Assembly: GCA_002633005.1 (NCBI GenBank)
Contig: NMRA01000101.1
Coordinates: 945,151-1,009,150 of the forward strand
DNA from: Phoronis australis
Taxonomy: Eukaryota; Animalia; Phoronida
Direction: 5' to 3'
DNA length: 64,000 bases
Shown here: piece after piece, positions 12,767 through 25,591 of the stretch
How positions within the stretch are numbered: position 1 is the stretch's first letter
Layout: the number at the start of each line of letters is the position of its first letter
Translations under genes and position numbers: made by a program
The notes under the pieces: model-generated
The model's database searches: none
Told to the model about the DNA's origin: nothing
What the model saw: the letters and a program-made list of their open reading frames with translations, nothing else

Positions 12767-15160
12767 AAACAGCAGCAAAATAGTGCAATCATTTCTAAGA
12801 AGTTGAATGACTGGTTGGCCTTCCATTTCATTGGCATCACACTTTCAGTGATTTTTGTTCCTGTACGAGACAGTCTTGGTATAGGCTTCAGAAGCCAAGC
12901 AAACCTTTTACAGTTTGATGTGAATTCCATTGTTGCTGTTTCAAAAGTGGACAGGTTTTTCATCAAAAGAGCTTCACAAGTGTCTAACGTTCTTCTGTAC
13001 GCTGCATGTGTCGGAGTCGGAGGGGGGGAGAACTGGGGGGCCGTACCAACTGAATATCTCATATCCTTGCTGAAGTTGTAGTTCAAAGGCATGCATGACA
13101 GTGTCCAAACATTTCTGTTGATTAATTTATGATTGAACTGCTGCTGAAGTGCCTGGTAAGGTCTAGCAACCAATATAAGGTACACAATCATGTACTTGCT
13201 AGTACACAATTTATTGCCAAACAGTTGTCTTTGTAAGACTAGGGCTGACACTGCACTGTTGTGCTCGAGCTCCTACAATATTCTCAAGCCAGCATTGCCT
13301 GCAGCCTTTGCTAAGACCAAATATTGTTTTCTTTATTGACATATAAATGCACAACAATTACACTTTGGCATTTACACCCAGGTGTATATTTGTGTAAAGT
13401 CTATATTTACATGCAGGTGTAAATGTGACACAAATTTCCACCAATTTTTGTTGCCCACATTAGTTGAACAACAGTCAGAGAGACTAAGCCTATCATTTGA
13501 TGCTTGCTAGACAAGCATTTTTAATACATTATGGCAGCACATAAAGTGTGCGTACATTTCAAGGACTTTCTACAAAATTTTACTCTTACTTGAAAATTGC
13601 GTCACCACACATGCATTTTATCAGTCATAACTTGCTAGTTTTCACCCGAGGTCAATGAACCGGTTTTCGAGGAAGCTGCCAATTTCCCAGGGTTGTAGTA
13701 AAAATGGTTTATTAACAGCTTCATTAGACATGACTAATATCATAGCACATCATTTTACATGTTCACATCTTGTTATCACCACTAGCAAACACAGTCAATG
13801 TTAGGCTATTGGTTTACAGAGCTCAGTAACAATCATTAACCATCTTAATTCTCTAGTTTGAGAAAGTGAAAATAAATTATTTTGTTCAGAGTCAGAACTT
13901 GTACCAAATCATAGAAATAGGCAACATTGACTGTCTCAAATTCAAGGATTAATATCAATAAACAAACAATCATTCACCTGGATGTTACAAATGGGGAAAC
14001 AAAAACATTGCAGCTATTTTTGATGCTTTCGTGAACACATCATAGTCTATCTTTACTGATACAAAAGTAGTGACCAATAGTTGAGAAATACTATGAATCC
14101 AAAAATCACGAATTTCCCAATTTTCACTGAGAATCAAGAAAACTCAATTTAAGCTGGAATTTCGGAGTCCCAAGTTTTAGAGACTGTAGCAAACTGGAGT
14201 CACATAGTTCCTTCATATTTGAGTTTGAAAAATGTTTTGTCTTAGTTTTTTGGCAAGTTCTGCATCAGAGGAATAAAATTACAGCCAATTACTGTAATTG
14301 TTTTTTTTTTGTATAGAACTGCTTCCACTGCCACCCTGCAGATCTTGAAAGTCAGTTTTTTCGAGTTTGTCGTGACTGAGCAGGACTTTTATTTGGTAGC
14401 AAGTGGTTTCTGCACAGCAGAGGCAATATGAATATAGCTGGATGCATCACATAGTCATTTTCAATAAACCAGTAAACACAGAAACCTCGATTCTAAAAAT
14501 GAAAGAAAGTTTCCTAGGTAAAGGGAATAATTGGAAACTCCCACCTTCATTCAAAATCTAGCATTAGGTGTTGGAAGAGTTGTCAAACCAGTCAGAAGAC
14601 ACACAATCTAGGACTTACTACTGCAATACCACAAGTAGAAAATACTGTTTGCTACACTGTGCATGTGTTGTGTGTCCAGACGGGAGGGTTAGAGTCCCTG
14701 GATATGACGGAGAACAATAAATGGACCGCCTGGACCATACATCCAGGACTATTTATCCAGAGTGCAATGAGTTACCAGCTTGGAGCACTGGTTACCTGAC
14801 AATGATGAGCAGTCATTTTGCTTTTATCTGGTCATTTTAGACTCTAAATGGTGGCCCATGGATCAAGTAAGGCAAGGCTAGTACAAAGTCAGGTAGGTGC
14901 ATTTATCAACAGTTTAGGTTGGTTGCCGCTCATTAATCAACAGTTTAGGCTGGTTGCTACAGCCACAATCAGAGTAATGGTGAGTTTATAGAGATGGAGG
15001 AGGCAACAAGAATAGACCACTTGCCAAGAGTTATGCACAACTCGCACCACTGGTTCTTTTTCAATATACAAGCAAGCAAAGCAAAACTCCCCCCCCCCCT
15101 TCCCCCCTCCCTACGCTGGTTGTTTTTCAGTGTATAAAGAGGCAGTCAAGCATAACTCAC

Positions 15161-15301
15161 CCCACTCGTTGTTGCTCAATATGCTCCAACACCTCGGCAC
15201 GGCGGACAACAGACAGGATCTGCTCTTGTTCTTCAATACTAAGCTGATCCCCTTTACGTGAATTCTGGCAGTTAGAGTGCACTGACCAACCAGCACCAAG
15301 T
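15161..15301 (-). CDS. RPH3A: Rabphilin-family exon: LGAGWSVH...LSIEEQEQILSVVRRAEVLEHIEQQRVG (Rab-binding helix, SHD1)
   Basis: Acceptor TTGCAG| and donor GG|GTGAG; 141 nt, phase 2 to 2. The GWSVH and EQQRVG motifs match the family. This frame is absent from the ORF track. Confidence 0.93.
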
Positions 15302-15489
15302 CTGCAAGTACCACACACATTACAACATTGTGAGCATCAACAGTGGTTTTGAGAAAATATTGAAAAATAAAAGCAAATTTTTCACGACAGGATTAGGTAG
15401 TTTGCGCCACCAGAAAATTTTTGGAAAGAGAATTTCTTTCCTGAAGATTTTAGTATTTTTAGAGATCTGAAAAGATCTACCTTTACCTG

Positions 15490-15700
15490 TTGTAGAACAG
15501 TAGTAGAAAAAGATCTACCATTATTTGAGATGATGTAAAACAGTAGTACAAAAGTGTACACTTGTACCCAAGATCTACCTTTAATTGAGATGATGTAGAA
15601 CAGTAGTACAAAAGTGTACACTTGTACCCAAGATCTACCGTTATTTGAGATGATGTAGAACAGTAGTAGAAGAGTGGACACTTGTTCCCAAGAACTACCT
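15490..15700. repeat. 60-bp tandem repeat, about 3.5 units
   Basis: CAGTAGTA at 15541, 15601 and 15661. Confidence 0.9.
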
Positions 15701-16344
15701 TCTTTTATCTGTGATGATGGTCAAAACTTGACGTTTCACAGCCTAGTCATAGTTCCATTACATTTAGGCAATGGGATGTAGGCAACACATGATGACAAAA
15801 AACAGGAAAAGCATTTTGACTGTTCAGCTATCAGTTTTGCATACGTAACTGAAGCACAATTGCTCATGCGATTTTGAATGATGGCTGAATGTGCCAACAT
15901 TTTAAGTCACAGGCAAAGCATACATGCGCCATTTTTCAATCCCCAAATTTAGGGTTGGCAAACTTCAATAAACTTTGAAGCATTTTCTTGAGTTGCTGGC
16001 GGCTTCATTGTTCTAGCTATTAACGTGGATAGAATCCTATTAAGAGACTGCTTTTATGAGAGGAAGGCTTAATGCAATTTCCGTTCTTGGCTAGCTAATC
16101 AGGATGAAATGCAATGTTATCCTAATTAGCATGTATAATAAGATCGAAAAGTGGAATTTTGTTTATCAAAATTCTCAAAAAAGTGTTCAAAAATGGTAAT
16201 TCCTTAAAAACATCAGGACTGATAAAATTTGACATTGTTGCAACAAAGTATCTATATTAAGCTTTCAAAAATAGTCAATATTTTGCGCATTACTATCAGA
16301 ATTACTGTTGATAGTTGTAGCCCACTAGTGAAGTCTAGACTTAC

Positions 16345-16421
16345 CTTGCTCTGAGAGATAGCTGTCTGTCATTAGGTATAACCCAACGATCCATGTTGCC
16401 GGTTGCAACAAAGTCACCCAT
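16345..16421 (-). CDS. RPH3A: Rabphilin-3A/Noc2-family Rab effector, first coding exon (MGDFVATGNMDRWVIPNDRQLSLRAR)
   Basis: ATG at 16421. The peptide matches the DRWVCPNDRQLALRAKL N-terminus of Noc2/invertebrate rabphilin. Donor AG|GTAAG is phase 2. An upstream acceptor TTGCAG| at 16513 adds 5'UTR. RPH3A versus RPH3AL cannot be settled because any C2 exons would lie outside the window. Confidence 0.9.
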
Positions 16422-17624
16422 GACAACAAAACAGAGGCAGTGACGCGCCAGAGACGTGGCCAGTGATTCTGGCAGTGGTGAGATATGTTATGAATATGCG
16501 TCTTCCTCCACTCCTGCAAAGCAATTAGCACTAGTCATTAAATATCCCATATAAGGTAAAATCTACAGAGACAGGAAGTCAACTAATAGACACTTGTATG
16601 TATGTAACTTGGTGACTGACCAACACCAAACAGAAAGAACACAGTGGCTCACACACACTTTCCTATTCAACTGCTCAAAGACCAAAGAATATTTCCAGGT
16701 CCAGTTAATTTGTGCATAAATCTTTTGGTTTGCTTGAACCAAATAAAAAAGATTGTCAAATGTTGTCAAACAATGTTTTGTATGAAATAATCAAAAGATA
16801 ATAATGCATCGATGTTCATATTTTATCATTCCTCTTACAAACATATTCTGCCTATTTCGAACACCACAAAAAGAAGTGGTCACAGCAAGTTTAATGCCTG
16901 GCCAGTTAATTTAACAGAAATATGTCCTGTATTATTGAATTTAGACACAAAATCCATTAAAAAACATATACTTTTACTTGTTGACACAACTTAATTTTTT
17001 CTGGTAATCAACTTTGAATAAACATTCCTCTATTATATAAGGTCCAACGTGACCTTAAATAACTGTGAAATATGAACCAACAGGTGAATGAAAGCCTGTG
17101 TGGCACTTCCCATCATCACATTATTGTTCAAAAGGTTAAACTGTTCACTCACTTTCAACACACGACATTTGCTTGGACTTAAGAGTGTGCTGATACGGAG
17201 CTAAGCAATCGCATAGATATAACCAAAGGGCGTTTAAGTTTGCTGAATATTTTGCACTAAAACGACCGTATAACTATTTTTCCCATAACATAATCGATTG
17301 TTCCTATGACCATTCAGAGCAACCCCAGGATATTTTTTTTTCAAAATCTCTCCTGAGACATTTAGGGTAAAGAACTGAGTGAATGAATAATTGACATACA
17401 ATGGAGAGCCACGTGTAGCTTCCTTCTATGAATTACTAAATTATTAAAATAAAATAATTATTGACGTTCAGACTTGGCTCCACCTGGCTCATTATCACAT
17501 TTTTAACGCCTATACCCAGCAAACAAATGTACCATTTGAAGATTTTACTTTTTTCACTTTTTGTAAAAAATAAATATTTGCACTCAACTTGCAAATTGTT
17601 AGGTGCATGGCATGTCAACAACTG

Positions 17625-17971
17625 CACAGTGGCAAGCATAACACCTTCGCACAGAAACAGTTGCAACAACCATAACTTTTTTGAACAGCATGTCTATGTC
17701 TATAGAGCGAGCAAGCATAACACCTTCACACTGAAACAGTTGCAACAACCATAACTTTTTTGAACAGCATGTCTATGTCTATAGCTACATAGTGGCAAGC
17801 ATAACACCTTCGCACAGAAACAGTTGCAACAACCATAACTTTTTTGAACAGCATGTCTATGTCTATAGCTACATAGTGGCAAGCATAACACCTTCGCACA
17901 GAAACAGTTGCAACAACCATAACTTTTTTGAACAGCATGTCTATGTCTATAGCTACATAGTAGCAAGCATA
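17625..17971. repeat. 84-bp tandem repeat, about 4 units
   Basis: GCAAGCATAA at 17632, 17711, 17795, 17879 and 17963. Confidence 0.95.
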
Positions 17972-20319
17972 AAACACACTTTTGCACAAAGGATAATGTT
18001 CCAGGGTAGTAAAACAATTAGGTGATTGATGCAAATGACATGATTTGCTGAAGTCATTTGATGAATTACATAAAGTGCCTCTCAGGAGACTACTGTAAGT
18101 ACCTACACAAGCCAATCATTTAAGCTGCAGATCACCTCAGTTGCAGAAGGGCAGTAGGTTTATAAGACATCTAAACATGGGAAAAGCATTCCTTTTACAG
18201 CAATAAAATAGTCCCTTTTCGGTAATAAAATTTTCCATTACAACACAATTATGAACAGTACACTTTCCAAGAATTCTAATCACGAAATAAGTAAGAACCT
18301 CTGTCTGACCTTTGAATAGTGCCTAGTTCCAGACCAGCAGGAAATCAATTTCTATCACGATTTCTGCTCAATGGAAAACTTAATGACCGCGCGCGTTAAA
18401 GTGCAAGGATTAGTAGAACATTGACAAGAGGATAAGTTCACAAGAGACTGGCAGGAAAGAAGAACAGTTTTGTAACTAGGCCCAATGAAATTCACCAACT
18501 ATTTTGTTCTCTCTGTCATCAAGTTTTTGCTGTCTTTTACTTATAATTGTGCCAAGTCTGTTTCTCTGCTATAAACCTTACACTTTATTGTGTCTGCTGG
18601 TATGCACGCTGCAAGCTGCATTTTTTTATTTGATTGACGTGTATCTCGTGAATACGTCAAGGCATATTGTTTTGAAGCAAAATCAGATACAAACTGGTAG
18701 CCTGTTATCACGTTTTTTGCTTTGAGAACCAGCAGCTGTCTGTCTGTCCCCTACAGTCAACAACAATTACCCTTCCTTGACCACCCTTCATATGGAGTGT
18801 TCTCTTATGCAATACTCAGACCCCATAATTTGACTTGGACTAGTCTTAGTGGGGGTGTCAGGTAATGAACTAAGAATCCTAATGAATAACTTCCTATGCC
18901 AAATATCATTCTATCATCCCTACACCTACCAATAAACTCCCCTGATAGTTATCCTGTTCTGGACAATTGGAAGCCAAGGCTAACACTGTGATGGTGAACT
19001 GTTTAGCTGTCTCTGATGGCATACAGTGTCTGCATGAGTTGAAATATATATCATACCCCACCCTCTCCTTCCTCGAGGAATGTATAAGCATTCAAGGCAA
19101 ATTTTAGGGCTTGTTAAGTGGAATTTCATGATTTTTAATCATTTAACGGAGGAAAATCAGGCCGATTGATTCAACGTCACTCTCCACAAAAAATCAGCAT
19201 ATTCAGAGGAGAACTCAACCAAGAAGTTACTCATGACTAAAGTTAACTGAAACTGCCTAAACTGCACTGTCAACACTAACAGTATATCTGCTCTTCATTT
19301 ATTCTGAGTAGATCAATGACAAAGATTGCACCAGCCCTGGTCCTAAGGGGATGTCAGGCACATCTGTTGACTTCCCATGTTAACCAAGGAATTGTTCTGG
19401 ATAGACCCAGTATGTGGAATGTGAAGTTCAAAAATAATCACAGTAATCAACCAGCCACAACAGGCCTTTTCAACATTTCAAGGAAACACACAAACATTAT
19501 TGGTCATGCATTGATCTTTTAGTCTACAGATGTGCACTGGTACGGGCTCACAAAGTGGTTTAACATGGGCTATCTTTCTAGTAGATTTACAAGCCCAAAT
19601 CCGGAAATAAAAGTTCAAATTATGCGAAGCAGACATTTTTGTGTGTGTCGAGAATTGCAAAGTATACTAAAATGATTAAATTCCATTTAAAATCATGCAA
19701 AAGGACCTCATCTATATCTGGGAGTAAAGAGTGACTATGGTAAATTTTTCACAAGCAACTTTGTAATCTGGAGTTCCATAAAGTTCAGACGTGTCATGAT
19801 TCGGAGTTTCTTCAACATCAGACAAGTTTGGAAATGGAAAAAAACACTTTTTCACTGTATGCAATGAGTGAGATTTTATCACAGTTTTTATGTTATTGTC
19901 AAGATTTAGTTAATGTAGTTTTTAAAATAATTGTTCTATCTAGGTTAAACCAATGTTTGACATCCGATTTAATAAGGAAATCTTAATAAAATATCAACAT
20001 TTCCATGGAGAATACAGAATTGTAAGAGCAACTCAAATGAAAGCTGTTCATACTATTAACATACAATTAACAAGATAAACAGTAGAGAATCAATTATAAA
20101 CAAACCTATAAGACCCAGTTGGAAGGGTAACCTAGCACATTGGAAAGGCAGTGAAATGAAAGTGACATTAATTTGAAAATCAATAATATTGACTTTTGGG
20201 AATAACAACATTAAAACGATTCCAGACTCTGTAGACTGTAGACACTGCTTTTATGAATGCATGGCAGGACAAATATGAAAGGGAATAGCTGATAACTGCG
20301 CAATAATTAAATTCACTAA

Positions 20320-20570
20320 GCCGCCAGATGGCGATCAGGTCTCTGATGGGCAGGCATTCGGCACCACAGATCCCATGTAATGCGGTAGGGAGGTTCCAAC
20401 CTACTGGTAAAAGCGGCATATTAACAACTTTCCTGCAATTATAATGCCCACAAATTATGTTCGCTGTGTGGTGGGGTGTACTAATGGCTTAAGGAAAAAG
20501 ACGAATATCTTGAAATATCCATGGATGAAGAACACCATGTTCCATACATTTCTCAGTGTGAAGAAAACTC
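20320..20570 (+). mobile_element. DNA-transposon relic with a THAP-like N-terminus; second decayed copy at 4825-5035
   Basis: Both loci start CCGCCAGATGGCGATCAGGTCT and stay colinear. MPTNYVRCVVGCTN...FHTF resembles THAP MP..C.V.GC.N...FH.FP. Confidence 0.55.
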
Positions 20571-22300
20571 GGTGCCCTGTGAAGTTTGCAATTGCCATCT
20601 TGTCACTAAGTTACAATGGTCATTAACCTCTTGCTCAACCAACCAGATGGTTATAACCACACTTCACAACTTTTAAAACCAGTTTTAAAGTGTTCAGACT
20701 GAGAGTTATAACCTTTAAGGTGTTGTTTGAGCAATACTGCAAAGTGCGATAATATTGGAGGATTGACTTTCACTTCTAAAAACAATAATAATTAGCATAG
20801 GTGACAATATTGCTGTTAAGAACAGCTATATAATCATTTAACCACAAAACCGCTTCTTTCGCTAGGTGCCAGCCGATCTTGCACTGCTAGGTCCCATGTA
20901 AAGAAACAGTACCATTAATTTTACCTAGATACTGGGAATATCACCATTCTGTAGGATATCAAATGAATGACTTGAAAAAAATAGTAGTTGTCTCCTGGAT
21001 TTAAATTAGACTTTCTGAAATTGGCATTTACAATTTGAATTATGTTGCAGAAATGTCTCACTTTTTGCAGAATTTGCCTAATTATTGAGCAGTTATGATG
21101 TTTGCACATATACCAACGGTATATGTTTATGTGTGCGTGCGTGTGTGCGTGTGTATGCAAGCACCAGACAATTACAGTGGAAGATGTGAATTACTCCCAG
21201 TGAGGAAGGGTACCAGAATTACTTATTATCAAAGTCCACGCAAGGGGCAACTTTAGTTAGATAGTATGGAGCAACTCATTTCTGTAACATCTAACGGTAG
21301 GAACTGTATCATCTATTCAATTGGGGTACTTGGCCATATGTTTGGTAAAATAGTTTGCTATTTTATTGGAATAGTTTAAATTGAACCACTTTTCCAAAAC
21401 TTGGCTTCACTTCCCATCCAAATTCACACGGTTTTGGAGGTGGTCCAGGAATCCTGCAGATATTTTTTAATTTATTGAATCATTTTTCGCAATGAAGTGA
21501 TATTCACATCACGACTTTGTGGTCAAAACTTTGAAGATTACATCGACTATTGCAGGTTTTTTAATACACCCTTTTAAATTGTTTTCAAATGTTTTAACTG
21601 CTTTGGTGTGAAAAGGGTACTTTTATATGATGTCTATTTCACTCCAAATATTTTTCAAACAGGTTTAGTATAAATACTACCTGTGCACTAGGCAATGAGT
21701 TTTCTTTAAATCATGCTGTTTTTACACAATAACTCTTGATAAATAACAAGTTAATATTAGGCACACCTTGGCATGTGTCAGCTATGATGTGTCACCTTTC
21801 TGCATGGAAAATTTTATTTTTACGCGCAATAAAGGTTAATCTACACATGCAAATGGCCATTCAATGTTAGGATGAGAATGCAACACTAGGCAAACATAAT
21901 TTAGATTTTGGAATGACAAATTGAGGAAAAGAAGCAAACATAAATACAGTAGAGCCACCGTAATGACTATGAAATATAGTTTGAAACATAAATGAAAAAC
22001 ATAACTGAATGCTTGACTTATGACATAGAATTGCATTATTTAGTGTGTTAAAGCAAGATTCCCAATTTCAGAACAGGGAATTTCAAGGAAGAGTCCACAG
22101 CTTATAAGAGTGAATTTTCTGACAGCACAGATAGTGCTCAGTATTTTATCGTGACTTTCAATCATTTTTACATGTGATCAACATCAAGGGTCACATTACA
22201 TTTAAAAAAGTGCAAAACACTGAACATACTTTCAGATTAAAAATGTTGTGGAAACCCTAGACGTAGTTTTTTATCAAGTTTAACATGGCTTTCAATTATA

Positions 22301-23258
22301 AACAAGAGCAATGTTGGGGCGTTGACAGGCACCCATGGGTCACTAGGAAATGCTGCAGTACTCAAATCATCCCGAAAATTTAATGGGACTGACGCAGTGC
22401 CCTAACATATCTCTGCGTCAACTTTCATCGAAATCCCTAAACTGGTACTCTACATATCGTCAAGAAACGCCCTCGCACAAAATGGCCACTAGGAAGCACT
22501 ACAGTAGTCGATTCTGGCCGAAATCAAATGGTGTTGACACAATCTCATAATATACCTCAGTATCAAGTTTCAATGATAGTTTTTTTCAGATATCATCCGG
22601 AAATGCTCTTCCCCCAAACAACAATTGAAAAGCCCATGTCGAAAACAAAATGGCCACTAGGAGGTGCTACAGTGGACGAATCTGCAGAAAAATTTAATGA
22701 TGCCACTGCAATGTCATCACAAACCTCTGTGTCAACTTTCATTGAAAGCCTTCACTCGTTCTCTACATATTATATGGAAACGCTCTCAGACAAAGTGGCC
22801 ACTAGGAAGCACAGCAGTATTCGAATCTGGCCGAAAATCAAATGGTGACAGCACAGTCTCATCATATATCACTGTTTCAAGTTTCAACAAAATTTGCCCA
22901 TCGGTTCTCTCATCATCCAGAAACTATTCTAGTCCTCCCCCCAAAACAACAACTGAAAAAACCCCTTGTCGAGAACAAAATGGCCACTAGGAGGTGCTGC
23001 AGCAGTCGAATCCACCCCAAAATTTAATCGTGCCGGTGCAATGATATCACACACCTTTGTATCAAGTTTCATTGAAATCCAACATTCCGTTTTCTAGATA
23101 TCATCAGGAAACGCTCTTCCCCTAAAAATATGCAAAAAGCCACACACCGCTGACCCAGGGGGAGGGGCAGATTGAAAAGAGGCCATAACCGTTCTAGTGA
23201 TGCCTCACACCCTTGTGCAAAATTTTATCAACATCCAACATGTGTGCATGGGTGCAAA
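22301..23258 (+). mobile_element. DINE-1/Helentron-like non-autonomous element with internal tandem subrepeats
   Basis: Starts AACAAGAG; inverted GCACCCATG (22329) / CATGGGTGC (23247); four AAxTGGCCACTAGGA units about 150-180 bp apart. Degenerate relatives lie near 520-1020, 26540-27170, 33000-35020, 37470-38030 and 38760-39600. The classification is tentative. Confidence 0.55.
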
Positions 23259-23399
23259 AAAAATGATTACTGATGGTAAAAGAAAGCATGAAAATTTTGA
23301 GATATCCAGTTGAGAAACAGATCAAGTTTGAGTCTAATACTAGAATAAAACTTACAAAAATTAGTTATGTTGCATCCGCATCTCATGGACTTCAGCTTG

Positions 23400-23665
23400 G
23401 ATTGGGACATTATCATTATTCTGGCCAATTGGTGGCGTTTTGACCAGACAGAGCGGCATTGACGTCAGAACACCATCCCATACGTGTGACAAATCGAATC
23501 TTAAACTGCCTCTTTTATTTAAAGAGCCCGGACTCTCAATGCGCTCATGGAGAGCTTCCTTTACACCCCTTCTGAACCAGTGTTCCTCTAAGTCTAGGAT
23601 AATGACATCATCAGTATTGAAATCATGTCCAGTGGCGCACAGGTGGCTAAAAATAGCCAAATCAT
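23400..23665 (-). mobile_element. Penelope-like retroelement 3' fragment (GIY-YIG endonuclease C-terminus)
   Basis: AIFSHLCATGHDFNTDDVIILDLEEHWFRRGVKEALHERIESPGSLNKRGSLRFDLSHVWDGVL matches the PLE pattern SAxxxH...GH.F...ILD.E..WF.RGVKEA...LN..GG.R..L. Confidence 0.85.
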
Positions 23666-25087
23666 AAGTGTCCCCGTTACAAACGATAATATCACAAGCC
23701 AAGCTGAAGTCCGTGAGATACGGACGCAACGTCGCTAATTTTTGTAAGTTTTGTTCTAGTATTAGACTCAAACTTGATCTGATGGTCAAAGAATAACAAG
23801 ATTTATTTTTTCCAATGAATTTTAATCTAATCACCATCCTACTTGTCAGCCACTCATACCGAACTCAAATCATGAAAAATGGCTGATATGGCAGCAGGCA
23901 CAGTTTAAGTCTTGCTAAATCAACAGTTGGGTGCAGGTTTACTGACACTTAACACCTAGTGAGTAAATGGGTCATCAGATTTAAAATTTGGTTTTAATTC
24001 TTACTTAATCAAATTATCTAATTAACATAGGTATAACGTATCAACAGGCTAATGTTTTTGGGGTAAACTTTCAATTTTTATTTGACAAGTTAACGTGCAT
24101 AAAATGTGTTACTTGACTTTAAAAGATCAGGTGGACACCCAGCCCTGACATTGCTCAAAAGAATGACATCACGTAAATGGAATGAAAATGTAATGGGTTA
24201 AGTTGGACAATAAAAATGACAAATATTACATACTGTCCTGGTAGGCAACATATGGTGCATGGTATTATTGCATGACATACCATTTCCAAACCTCCCAACA
24301 GAAACAAAATATAAACACACTGATACAGATAAAGCCTACTTCACCATGGATACCAGCTGGCTGTATTTAAGTGCTGAACTCTTTCTAGCATTAAGCATAA
24401 AATACTTTCTACCTAGGCACATACTACTCCATGTGAACACCAACTTGGCAGTCAATTATTGTCACGCTATTTTCAATATTTTTGGATGAGTAAATGTATC
24501 CACTCTTACAAAACAATTGGCATCAATGAAGTATATCACAAAATAAAAATATTAGTCAAGATTTACAAACCAGAACAGACATCAGCTGAAGACAAGAGTG
24601 AGGGGACAAGGTGGTGAAGACATCAACACACAGCACCAGGGCTGAGGATAGGTCAGACTCCGTCTACTCTTGAACCAATCAATAACGAAACATCATTCAA
24701 CATACAGTATAAATTAGAAGCCTGCATTGGACATGATAAGACCATTACCCAGACAGGACAGGACATAAATCACCAAAACTAATGAAGACAAACGACTCCC
24801 ACTCCACAACAAGATTGTAAGGTGAAACATAAAAATTGAAAACTTGTTTCTAAATAAATAAGCATTTCCATTTTAAAGATGACCATAGGAAGTGAGTTTT
24901 CTACAAACAAGGTTGTGGTGGAGGGAGGGGGGGCTATTCAAATTTAGAAAATAGTATGTTTGGAAATGTCAACTGTGCACTATACTGGGTGTATTACATA
25001 ATACCTGTCTGGTGCCCTCTCAATACATGATCATCCCTCCAAGTGGAAGTTTATTGTTGAGAGGCACTTTAGGTATAGATTTCTATA

Positions 25088-25591
25088 GGGCCTTTCATAC
25101 TAACGTCGACGCTTCGATGGTTTGGGGAGTTGCGGTCAGTATGAACGCTTAACTCCGGTCCTGGATCGCAGTTAAGAGCTCCAGTTAACATCGCAGTTAA
25201 TAGGTGGATTTAAGACCGCAGCGTCGACGCTGCGGTGCAGTATGAATGCTAACTCCGGTTCAATCGAAGTTATCGCCAGGTGCCACTGTTATCATCAACA
25301 GTTACAGAGTAGTGCCGTCACTAATAACTACTTATTTTTGGGTTTAATGATAACCAATCGATTTAAAAATGAGTTTTATGTCATTTAGCAAATTTAAATG
25401 TTCCAAATTGTCACATTGAAAAAAATCTTAGCGTGCAGCGCTACCTTGCGATAACTTCGATGACGTCAGGGTCACCAACCCTTTACTTCGATGGTCATTA
25501 ACTACCGAAGCCAGTATGAACGGTCCAGTTAACTGCGCTGTTTACGTCGACGCTCCGCTCAGACCGGAGTTAAGTCAATATGAAAGGGCCT
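25088..25591. mobile_element. PIF/Harbinger-like MITE, copy 1
   Basis: TIRs GGGCCTTTCATA / TATGAAAGGGCC in a TA/TTA context; internal CAGTATGAAC...AACTCCGG subrepeats; homologous to 59290-59790. The superfamily is inferred from the termini. Confidence 0.7.

Noticed and set aside
17461-18115. Several ORFs with repeated peptides
   Set aside because: Translations of the 84-bp tandem repeat on both strands.
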